Source of the DNA: Octopus vulgaris
Lineage: Eukaryota
NCBI GenBank assembly: GCA_951406725.2
Contig: CATOCA020000039.1
Coordinates: 1 to 26,525, forward strand
Length of the DNA: 26,525 bases
Direction of reading: 5' to 3'
Part shown: one piece after another, positions 1 to 17,403 of the stretch
Layout of the letters: each line of letters starts with the position of its first letter
Numbering within the stretch: position 1 is the stretch's first letter
Position numbers and translations under genes: made by a program
Notes under the pieces: generated by a model
Databases searched by the model: none
The model's input: the letters and a program-made list of their open reading frames with translations, nothing else
What the model was told of the DNA's origin: nothing

Positions 1-479
1 ACTCAATTTGTACTCCTTGGAACGAAGACGAGAGAGATATGCAGTGATATACATATGGAAAATCCTGGAGGGACTAGCACCAAATTTTGGAATTGAGAGC
101 TGTTCCAATCCCCGTACAGGACGTCACTGTGTGGTGCAAAAGGTCCCGTCTTCCACATCCAGGGTAAGGAGCAGATACTGTAATAGCCTGGGGTTCAGGG
201 GCCCTCAGCTTTTCAACAAACTGCCAAGAAAACTAAGAGATCTACATGATGCGGATGTGGACATTTTCAAAAAACATCTAGACAAGCTGCTTTCCGGGAT
301 CCCAGATGAACCCACTGCAAGGTACGAAGGTAACCTAAGGGCAGCAGCTACAAACTCTCTCTTAGATCAGTGGCCAGCCACGGCAAACTGGACTTAGAGA
401 GGGTAGCAACAAGGGCGGTGCCCCAGCATGGCCTCAGCCGGATGGCTGAAACAAGTAAAAGAGTAAAAGAGTAAAAGAG

Positions 480-480
<1 letters not shown>
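1..480 (+). mobile_element. 3' end of CR1/L2-group LINE, family B (runs off window start)
   Basis: ORF2 C-terminus ([20 protein letters not shown]...FKKHLDKLL) homologous to the other RT ORFs here; 3'UTR motif GGTGCCCCAGCATGGCC; tail AAGTAAAA(GAGTAAAA)2GAGT joined to (TA)n. Confidence 0.92.
2..397 (+). CDS. C-terminal part of LINE ORF2 (post-RT region), partial
   Basis: Open frame [13 protein letters not shown]...WPATANWT*, collinear with ORF2 C-termini at 5800-6189 and 12599-13030. Confidence 0.85.
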   Translation, partial: LNLYSLERRRERYAVIYIWKILEGLAPNFGIESCSNPRTGRHCVVQKVPSSTSRVRSRYCNSLGFRGPQLFNKLPRKLRDLHDADVDIFKKHLDKLLSGIPDEPTARYEGNLRAAATNSLLDQWPATANWT

Positions 481-7257
<6,777 letters not shown>

Positions 7258-7279
7258 GACATACTATATATACATAATT

Positions 7280-8120
7280 ATGCCTTAAGATTATAAATAA
7301 CGATTTTTATACACTTTAATATATATAGTAATATTGTTAACATATTTTCAGATACTCTATCTCCTAATTAGCCTTAAGATTAAATTAAATAACGTTTAAT
7401 ATTACCCACACTCTAATATAATATTAATATTGCTAATATATTTTCAGATACTCTATCTCCTAATTAGCCTTAAGATTAAATTAAATAACGTTTTTTTTTT
7501 ACCCACAAACTTTAATATTGTTAATATTTTTTTTTTTTTTAAATACTCTATCTTCTAATTAGCCTTAATATCTTCTTGTCTTCTCTCGAACATAGTTAGA
7601 TAGATAAACAAATAGACAGATCATCCAGCATGTCCAGAGCATGGAGACCTGACGAACTAGATTAATATTCGTACGAGCCTGGAAGTGTGCCGACGGAGAT
7701 AGCCCTAGCGAAGTGATTGCGGCTGCGCTGAAGATTAAAGGCTACAATAACGACAGCGGCTCAGATGGATAATAGAGACGGGAATATCGTGCGCTCATAT
7801 GCGGTTATATATATATTCATATATGCCATCTTCTAATTAGCGGGGCAAAGATGGCAAAATAACGATATATTATAAGTCTAATTACGCCTCTAATATAATA
7901 TTAATATTGCTAATATATTTTCAGATACTCTATCTCCTAATTAGCCTTAAGATTAAACAACGTTTTTATCCACACTCTAATATAATATTAATATTGCTAA
8001 TACATTTTCAGATACTCTATCCCCTAATTAGCCTTAAGATTAAATAATGTTTTTATACAACCATTATTGTTAATATTTCTTTTTCAAGTACTCTATCTTC
8101 TAATTAGCCTTAATATCTTC
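7280..8120 (+). repeat. ~80-97-bp AT-rich tandem monomers in the LINE 5' region, two blocks of ~3
   Basis: Recurring TTTTCAGATACTCTATCTCCTAATTAGCCTTAAGATT; GCCTTAA anchors near 7282, 7371, 7467, 7562, 7944, 8030, 8107. Confidence 0.9.
7630..7860 (+). pseudogene. Degraded duplicate of the ORF1 N-terminus (Myb/SANT-like region)
   Basis: ATGTCCAGAGCATGGAGACCTGACGAACTAG... parallels 8174 onward; several indels. Confidence 0.8.
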
Positions 8121-8173
8121 CTGTCTCTCTCGAACATAATTAGATAGATAAACGGATAGACGAATTATCCAGC

Positions 8174-9135
8174 ATGTCCAGAGCATGGAGACGTGACGAG
8201 CTGGATTTATTCGTACGAGCATGGGAGTGCGCCGGCGGAGATAGCCTAGCGAGGTGATTGCGGCTGTGCTGAAGAGCAGAGGCTACAAGAGGACGGCGGC
8301 TCAGATGGAGCGAAAGAGACATGGAGACGTGACGAGCTGGATTTATTAGATAGATTGCGGCTGTGCTGAGGAATTCGTGCGCTCATATGCGCTTGTACGG
8401 TCGCACATTGGCGCACTTGATGCCATCTTTGAGAACGAGTGGGGCAAAGATGGCAAGAATGGAGACGATGAAAGAAGTCACCCCTACCTGGTGGACGCCC
8501 GGGAAGGTTTTGAATGAGAAACCTGCCCGGGAAGTTTACTTTCCAGGTGCAAGTTCTCCAACCGGCAGCAAGGGCCATGGAGACGGAGAACCCGGTGAAG
8601 AGGTAGAGGGAGGAAGAAGAACTAAAAGAAGGACTGGAAGAGCTAAAGGAAAAGAAAAAGCTCAAGCAGGACCAAAGAGTGAAACAACCAGAAATAGAAG
8701 TGGAACCGCAAAGGATGGAACCAAACAGCGCACACGGGTGTGTGCATGTTCTACCTGAGAGGTTCCTGCTGGCATGGAAAGGAAGGTGCAGGCTGCTGCT
8801 TTGCACATCGGGGACCCTGCCACAGAGACACGAGGCAGATGGACAAACCATCAACACAAAGAAAAGGGATGGACCACGCACCACCTGCCCCAAAGCGGAG
8901 GTACGCAGATGTTGTGCGCGCCACAAACAGCCAACATGATGTTGTCGAAAGAGCAGCTGCTGAGCAACAATCTTTTTTGTGCATGGCACAAAAGATTGTA
9001 CAGCAGCTGACCTGGCTTCATCAAACCCAAGCCCGCAGGTGGGACTACCCACTATATACCAGACCACCACAGCAAACAGACACAGGATGGACACCGCCGG
9101 CAACAACGTACACCTCACCTCGATACTCCTACTGA
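8174..9135 (+). pseudogene. LINE ORF1 (Myb/SANT-like + charged linker + CCCH finger), disrupted
   Basis: Manual translation MSRAWRRDELDLFVRAWECAGGDS/SEVIAAVLKSRGYKRTAAQMERKR; frameshifts at ~8245 and ~8740; ~50-bp self-derived insertion at ~8320-8368; CMFYLRGSCWHGKEGAGCCFAH at 8743-8808. Confidence 0.8.
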
Positions 9136-12081
9136 ACATCAGAGGACTGCAAACACTCAGTAACAGGACAAAGATCCCGTTCCTGAGAGACTTTGTTGCA
9201 TGCAATCAAGCCTTATGCATAGCACTTACAGAAACGCACCTGAAACCGGACATAGCAGATGCGGAGTTACACATACCACAGTATGCTGTACTACGGACCG
9301 ACAGGAAAGAAAGGAGTCATGGAGGTGTTGCTATGTACATCCGTGAGGACCTCACACCCCAGGTCCTCTTGTCATACTCAAACTCGGTGTGTGACACACT
9401 AATTGTACATATTAGGCAACTTGATGTAGTTGTGTGTGCTACATATCGCCCTCCAGATGCCCCAAGCCATGTGGGCAAGTTTGAAGACTGCCTTATAAAA
9501 ATAGAAGAAATTCTAACCACATTAGAACAACACATAGGTGTGCTTCTTATGGGAGACTTCAATCTGCCCAATGTCAGATGGCCCGAGGGCCTTTCTCTCC
9601 CAGGAATGACAAGATGTGAACGAGGACAGGCGAGGTCCCTCCTGAACCTCATCAACACCCTGTACATGGAGCAGGTAATACTCCAACCAACCAGGGCAGG
9701 TAACACACTGGATCTCTGCTTCACAAATGACATGGATCTCATCCATAATGTGAAAGTGACACCGACACTACTCTCGGATCACAACATGATAGAGCTGACC
9801 ATGTACGGGCCAAAAGAGAGCACGGACATGCAGCCTACAAGAAACCCTCAAAATCTTTCCAGCTTGAACTACCATAAGGCAAACTGGAAACAAATTGAGA
9901 AAGAGATCCTCAAACAAAACTGGCCTAAATGTCTCTCCTCGCCAGACATCGACGTGAAACTTCAACAATTCATGTCTGTAATGCAAGCCATATGCTACAA
10001 ATGTGTCCCAGAGAGAAAGGCCACTGTACACAAGAACAAAATCCCCAGAGAGAGGAAAATTTTAATGAGACGGCGTACGAAATTTTCAAATCGCCTAAAC
10101 AAACAGATTGAAAGCAGTGAAAAGTCCCGCCTAAAAATAAAACTGTTGGAAATCGAAAAATGTCTGCAACTCTCCCATGAAAAAGAAAGAGCAGACAAAG
10201 AAGCCTGGGCTATAGAAAACATAAAATCTAACCCCAGAGCTTTCTACAGGTATGCCAAAGAAACAGCTACAGTGCACTGTAGAATAGGGCCACTCCTCGA
10301 AAAGGATGGCACACTTACAGGAAAACCAATGAGGGTAAGTGAAATACTGAATGAGCAATTCAAGAGTGTTTTCACTCCACCCCTTGGGCATCTCCAAATC
10401 ACCAATCCAACTGACTTTTTACCACTGCAGATATAAAATCAGAGGCGGCGACGATAGATTACATCGATATAAAGGAAGACGATGTAACCAAGGCTATAGA
10501 TGAAATGAAAACAGACTCAGCTACTGGCCCCGATGGATTCCCGGCAATCCTCCTAAAAGCATGTAAGAGAGTCCTAGCAAGACCACTGCAGTTCCTCTTT
10601 CAGAGCTTCCTTGCAGCTGGCAAACTTCCAGGAAAACTGAAGGAAGGTAAAATATGCCCCATTCATAAAGGAGGTAGCAGAGCGGAAGCCAAGAACTATA
10701 GACCTATCTCTCTGACCTCACACATCAGCAAGGTCATGGAACGAATAGTCAGAAGGAAGCTGATCACCTTCCTTGAAGAGAATGACTTGCTGCCCGACAC
10801 CCAACATGGTTTCCGACCAGGGAGAAGCTGTTTAACTCAGCTCCTACAACACTATGACTGGGTGCTGAAACGGCTGCTCAACCACTCAAATGTGGAAGTG
10901 ATATATCTCGACTTTGCAAAGGCCTTTGATAAAGTCGATCATGGAATGATATGTCACAAACTGCGTGATCTCAACATAGTTGGAAAACTGGGAGAATGGC
11001 TTCATGACTTTCTGAAGGATAGAAGTCAGGTGGTAGTAGCCAATGGGGCCACCTCCATTAACACACAAATAGTGAGCGGTGTTCCGCAGGGCACTGTTCT
11101 GGGACCACTACTGTTCATAATGGCCCTCTCAGACATGCCCTCAGCCACGCAGAGAGCCACGATCACAAGTTATGCAGATGATACAAAAGTTTCACAGGCA
11201 ATACAGAACCCTGAGGACACTAAACACCTGCAATGTGAGCTGGACGAAATATACAAGTGGGCTGAAAAGAATAGCATGCAGTTCAATGCTGGAAAGTTTC
11301 AAGCTTTATACTATCAGCATGCAAAACTGAATGCAATACCCAATGAATACACTGGACCCGGAGGGATTGCAATCCCAGAGGCACAATCAGTGCGTGACCT
11401 GGGTATTCACATGAGTGATGACGCGACCTTTCATGTACATGTTGCTAAACTGACAATGAAATGTAGACGGCTGGCTGGATGGATTCTTAGAACCTTTAGA
11501 ACAAGAGAACAAGAAACCATGATGGTCCTCTGGAAGACACTTGTCCTAAGCCACTTTGACTATTGCTCTCAGCTATGGTCACCATCCAGTGTCAAGTTGA
11601 TCACAGAACTTGAGGCGATCCAACGAAGCTACACAAAGAAGATAGCCTCTATGCAGAATGTAAGCTACTGGGAAAGACTCAAGAGATTAAAATTATATTC
11701 CCTGGAGCGTAGGCGGGAAAGATATGCCATAATATACATCTGGAAGATCCTGGAGGGAAGTGTCCTGAACTTTGGCATCGAGAGTTACGCAAATGCCAGA
11801 ACTGGGCGCCACTGCGTGGTGCCTAGGACTCCAAACCTGCCATCAAGATGTAGGACAAGATCTGTGATAGCCTGGGCTTCCGAGGCCCACAGCTCTTCAA
11901 TATCCTCCCGAAGAACCTGAGAGACCTGCATGGGGTGGATACAGATGTCTTTAAAATGAAGCTGGATCTCTTCCTGTCAGGTGTCCCAGATGAACCAACT
12001 TCACGGCAGGAGGGGCAGATGAGGGCAGCTGCATCGAACTCTCTCATGCACCAAATAGCAGTTGCTAGAAAGCCTCCATGA
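8964..12081 (+). pseudogene. LINE ORF2, APE endonuclease + reverse transcriptase, with two 1-bp frameshifts (~10420, ~11860)
   Basis: APE motifs LNIRGL, ALTETHL, YRPP, MGDFN, LDL, SDH; RT motifs [19 protein letters not shown]. Confidence 0.95.
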
Positions 12082-12162
12082 AGTGAAACCAAGTAGCAAC
12101 ACCAAATGGCATGGTGCCCCAGCATGGCCACAGCTCATAAGCTGAAACTAGAATCAATCAAT

Positions 12163-12508
<346 letters not shown>

Positions 12509-12598
12509 TTGATTGATTGATTGATTGATTCCAGTTTCAGCTCATGAGCTGTGGCCATGCTGGGGCACCGCCATTTGGTGTTGCTACTTGGTTTCACT

Positions 12599-15500
12599 TC
12601 ATGGAGGCTTTCTAGCAACTGCTATTTGGTGCATGAGAGAGTTCGATGCAGCTGCCCTCATCTGCCCCTCCTGCCGTGAAGTTGGTTCATCTGGGACACC
12701 TGACAGGAAGAGATCCAGCTCCATTTTAAAGACATCTGTATTCACCCCATGCAGGTCTCTCAGGTTCTTCGGGAGGATATTGAAGAGCTGTGGGCCTCGG
12801 AAGCCCAGGCTATCACAGAATCTTGTCCTACATCTTGATGGCAGGTTTGGAGTCCTAGGCACCACGCAGTGGCGCCCAGTTCTGGCATTTGCGTAACTCT
12901 CGATGCCAAAGTTCAGGACACTTCCCTCCAGGATCTTCCAGATGTATATTATGGCATATCTTTCCCGCCTACGCTCCAGGGAATATAATTTTAATCTCTT
13001 GAGTCTTTCCCAGTAGCTTACATTCTGCATAGAGGCTATCTTCTTGTGTAGCTTCGTTGGATCGCCTCAAGTTCTGTGATCAACTTGACACTGGATGGTG
13101 ACCATAGCTGAGAGCAATAGTCAAAGTGGCTTAGGACAAGTGTCTTCCAGAGGACCATCATGGTTTCTTGTTCTCTTGTTCTAAAGGTTCTAAGAATCCA
13201 TCCAGCCAGCCGTCTGCATTTCACTGTCAGTTTAGCAACATGTACATGAAAGGTCGCGTCATCACTCATGTGAATACCCAGGTCACGCACTGATTGTGCC
13301 TCTGGGATTGCAATCCCTCCGGGTCCAGTGTATTCATTGGGTATTGCATTCAGTTTTGCATGCTGATAGTATAAAGCTTGAAACTTTCCAGCATTGAACT
13401 GCATGCTATTCTTTTCAGCCCACTTGTATATTTCGTCCAGCTCATATTGCAGGTGCCTAGTGTCCTCAGGGTTCTGTATTGCCTGTGAAACTTTTGTATC
13501 ATCTGCATAACTTGTGATCGTGGATCTCCGCGTGGCTGAGGGCATGTCTGAGAGGGCCATTATGAACAGTAGTGGTCCCAAAACAGTGCCCTGTGGAACA
13601 CCGCTCACTATTTGCGTGCTAATGGAAGTGGCCCCATTGGCTACTACCACCTGACTTCTATTCTTCAGAAAGTCGTGAAGCCATTCTCCTAGTTTTCCAA
13701 CTATGCCAAGATCACGCAGTTTGTGACATATCATTCCATGATCGACTTTATCGAAGGCCTTTGCGAAGTCGAGATATATGACTTCCACATTTGAGTGGTT
13801 GAGCAGTTGTTTCAGCACCCAGTCATAGTGCTGCAGGAGCTGAGTTAAGCAGCTTCTTCCTGGTCGGAAACCATGTTGGGTGTCAGGCAGCAAGTCATTT
13901 TCTTCAAGGAAGGTGATTAGTTTCCTTCTGACTATTCGTTCCATGACCTTGCTGATGTGTGAGGTCAGAGAGATAGGTCTGTAGTTCTTGGCCTCCGCTC
14001 TGCTACCTCCTTTATGAATAGGGCATATTTTACCTTCCTTCAGTTTTCTTGGAAGTTTGCCAGCTGCAAGGAAGCTCTGAAAGAGGAACTGCAGTGGTCT
14101 TGCTAAGACTCTCTTACATACTTTTAGGAGGATTGCCGGGAATCCATCGGGGCCAATAGCTGAGTCTATTTTCATTTCATCTATAGCCTTTATTACATCG
14201 TCTTCCTTTATATCGATGTAATTTATCGTCGCCGCCTCTGATTCTATATCTGCAGTGGTAAAGAAGTCAGTTGGATTGCTGATTTGGAAATGCCCAAGGG
14301 GTGGAGTGAAAACACTCTTGAATTGTTCATTCAGTATTTCACTTACCCTCATTGGTTTTCCTGTGAGTGTGCCATCCTTTTCAAGGAGTGGCCCTATCCT
14401 ACAGTGCACCGTAGCTGTTTCTTTGGCATACCTGTAGAAAGCTCTGGGGTTAGTTTTTATGTTGTCTATAGCCCAGGCTTCTTTGTCTGCTCTTTCCTTC
14501 TCATGGGAGAGTTGCAGACAATTTTCAATTTCCAACAGTTTTATTTTCAGGCGGGACTTTTCACTGCTTTCAATTTGTTTGTTTAGGCGATTTGAGATTT
14601 TTGTGCGCCGTCTCATTAAAATTTTCTCTCTCTGGGGATTTTGTTCTTGTGTACAGTGGCCTTTCTCTCTGGGACACATTTGTAGCATATGGCTTGCATT
14701 ACAGACATGAATTGTTGAAGTATCATGTCGATGTCCGGCGAGGAGAGACATTCAGGCCAGTTTTGTTTGAGGATCTCTTTCTCAATTTGTTTCCAGTTTG
14801 CCTTATTGAAGTTCAAGCTGGAAAGATTCTGAGGGTTTCTTGTAGGCTGCATGTCCGTGCTCTCTTTTGGCCCGTACATGGTCAGCTCTACCATGTTGTG
14901 ATCCGAGAGTAGTGTCGGTGTCACTTTCACATTATGGATGAGATCCATATTATTTGTGAAGCAGAGATCCAGTGTGTTACCTGCTCTGGTTGGTTGCAGT
15001 ATTACTTGCTCCATGTACAGGGTGTTGGTGAGGTTCAGGAGGGACCTCGCCTGTCCTCGTTCACATCTTGTCATTCCTGGGAGAGAAAGGCCCTCGGGCC
15101 ATCTGACATTCGGTAGATTGAAGTCTCCCATGAGAAGTACACTTATGTGTTGTTCTAATGTGGTTAGAACTTCTTCTATTTTTAAAAGGCAGTCCTCAAA
15201 CTTGCCCATATGACTTGGGGCATCTGGAGGGCGATATGTAGCACACACAACTACATCAAGTTGCCTTATGTGTACAATTAGTGTGTCACACACCGAGTTT
15301 GAGTATGACAAAAGGACCTGGGGTGTGAGGTCCCCACGGATGTACATAGCAACTCCTCCATGACTCCTTTCTTTCCTGTCGGTCCGTAGTACAACATACT
15401 GTGGTATGTGTAATTCCGCATCTGCTATGTCCGGTTTCAGATGCGTTTCTGTGAGTGCTATGCATAAGGCTTGATTGCATGCGACAAAGTCTCTCAGGAA

Positions 15501-15716
15501 CGGGACTTTTGTCCTGTTACTGTGTGTTAGTAGTCCTCTGATGTTCAGTAGGAGCATCGAGGTGAGGTGTATGCTGTTGCCGGTGGTGTCCACCCTGGGT
15601 CCATCTGCTGTGGCGGTCTTGTGAACCGTGGGCAGTTCCATCTGCGAGCCTGAGCCTGATGGAGCCAGGTTAGCTGCTGTACAATCTTTTGTGCCATGCA
15701 CAAAAAAGATTCCTGC
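12599..15716 (-). pseudogene. LINE ORF2, APE + RT (~1040 codons when repaired), with two 1-bp frameshifts (~14625, ~13040)
   Basis: ORFs 14616-15701, 13036-14751 and 12599-13030 join into one protein collinear with copy 1. Confidence 0.95.
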
Positions 15717-16435
15717 TCAGCAGCTGCCCTTTCAACAACACGTTGGTGGTTTGTGGTACGCACCACATCTGCGTACCTCCGTTTTGGGGCAGGTGATGCC
15801 TGGTCCATCCCATTTCCTTTCGGTGGTTGGTTTCTGTGGCAGGGTCCCGGATGTGCAAAGCGGCAGCCTGCACCTTCCTCTCCATGCCGGCAGGCACCTT
15901 TCAGGTAGAACCTACATACCCGTGTGCGCTGCTTGTTTCCATCCTTTTTGGCATATGGACAGTTAGGTTTGCCTCATCCCTGGCTGCCTTGCCCCTTGGC
16001 TTTACCTCTGAGTTTTAGCTTCAGTTTTTCCTCTTTTTTGGCCTCTTCATCTCCATGTCCATGGCTTTTGGTGCCGGTAGGAGCATCCGTACCTGGGTTC
16101 ACCTCCCGGGCAGGCCTCTCGCTGGAGTTTTCTTCCTGGGCGTCCACCAGGTGGGGGTGACCCTCCTCATCTGCGCCCGCGTCTCCATCCTTGCCATCTT
16201 TACTTTGTTCGCGTTTTTCGCTGTTAAAAATGGCATCCAGTGTGTTTATGTGCGATCTGACAAGTGCGTATGAGCGTACGAACTCTTGCCTCTTCCGCTC
16301 TATTTGTGCTGACGTCCTTTTGAATCCGTTGTTCTTCAGCGCAGCCGTAATTATATTACTTGGACTTTCTCCGTCAGCGCATTGCCATCCTTGCAGGAAC
16401 CACGCCAGTTCATCACGTTTCCAAGCTCTGGACAT
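15545..16435 (-). CDS. LINE ORF1, 296 codons with one in-frame TGA (15974-15976): Myb/SANT-like domain, charged region, CCCH zinc finger
   Basis: ORFs 15974-16435 and 15545-15808 share a frame; the gap translates GSQG*GKPNCPYAKKDGNKQRTRVCRFYLKGACRHGEEGAGCRFAHPGPCHRNQPPKGNGMDQ; N-terminus WKRDELAWFLQGW...IITAALKNNGFKRTSAQIERKRQEFVRSY. Confidence 0.8.
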
Positions 16436-16447
16436 TCTTGATATATA

Positions 16448-17004
16448 ATCTATCTATCTAATTATGTTAAGTTATATTAATCCAATAGTAGGGGGTAATA
16501 GAGAAAGAGAGCGTCTATGTACTTAAGGAGAGATTGGGAGCCAAGAGAAGAGAGCAAGAGAGAAGAGGAAGGGGAGAGATATTTTGTCTATCTATCTATC
16601 TATCTAATTATATTAAGTTATATTAATCCAATAGTGCAATAGGGGGTAGGGGGGTAATAGAGAAAGAGAGCGTCCATGCACTTAAGGAGAGATTGGGGAG
16701 CCAAGAGAAGAGAGCAAGAGAGAAGAGGAAGAGGAGATACTGAGTGCTGAAGGAAGATAGAGAAAGCCTCTATGCCCTCAGAGAGAGATTGAGAGCTGAG
16801 AGAGGAGAGCTGAGACAGACAGAGAAGCGCAAGGGAGAGAACCGAAGAGACAGACAGAATTCTAAACGAAGTTGTTGGGCCAAGGAGGGGCGCAGGGAGA
16901 GAACTGAAGAGACAGACAGAGAAGCGCAAGGGAGGGAACTAAAGAGACAGACAGAGAAGGGCAAGGGAGAGAACTGAAGAGACAGACAGAATTCTAAACG
17001 AAGC
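16448..17004 (-). repeat. Duplicated GA/CT-rich units upstream of ORF1 (probable 5'UTR)
   Basis: ~16448-16580 repeated at ~16592-16740; GAGACAGACAGAGAAGCGCAAGGGAGAGAAC units and AGAATTCTAAACGAAG at ~16856 and ~16988. Confidence 0.8.
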
Positions 17005-17199
17005 TATTGGGACATACACATGTATACACACACACACACATACACACATGTACACACGTGTGCACATGCACATATATAGACAAGAGTAACAAGTGAGTAT
17101 ATAAAGAAACAAAAATAATAATGAAACATATATAAACATATATTACAAAACATATATAAACATATATTACAAAAGTAATAATAGTGAGAAATTATAAGA

Positions 17200-17370
17200 C
17201 AATAATAATAATAAAAATAAAACAGCTGAAAGAAAACAGGCCAGTAGGTTTTACAGAGTTTATATATATATATGTAGTATATACACACACACATATATAT
17301 ATATAACACACACATATATACACACACACATATATTTAACAAGTGATAATAATAATAGATAATAAAATAG

Positions 17371-17403
<33 letters not shown>

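Larger units (their letters stand above)
7258..12162 (+). mobile_element. Near full-length CR1/L2-group LINE, family A copy 1
   Basis: 5' tandem monomers, ORF1, ORF2 (APE+RT), 3'UTR motif at 12113-12148, (ATCA)n tail; (TA)n on both sides. Confidence 0.93.
12509..17004 (-). mobile_element. Near full-length CR1/L2-group LINE, family A copy 2 (5' boundary approximate)
   Basis: Reverse-complement homologue of 8150-12162; (ATCA)5 tail at 12509-12530; ORF1 and ORF2; repeat-containing 5' region. Confidence 0.92.

Noticed and set aside
414-452. 3'UTR motif as a hammerhead or HDV ribozyme (contains GAAAC)
   Set aside because: No CUGANGA core or nested pseudoknot visible, and family C has TAAAAC instead
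7280-8120. Regularly spaced repeats resembling a CRISPR array
   Set aside because: Intervening sequences are homologous to each other rather than unique spacers; no cas genes; eukaryotic LINE 5' context
8246-9205. 319-aa antisense ORF and other short ORFs antisense to the LINEs
   Set aside because: No motifs, and not preserved as a continuous ORF in the second family A copy
10505-11920. RT as a retron, DGR, group II intron or telomerase enzyme
   Set aside because: Upstream APE domain, YRPISL/GVPQG/YADDT motifs, 5' truncations and tandem tails identify non-LTR retrotransposons
15974-15976. In-frame TGA in ORF1 as programmed readthrough or selenocysteine
   Set aside because: Copy 1 is open across the equivalent linker; a single nonsense mutation is simpler
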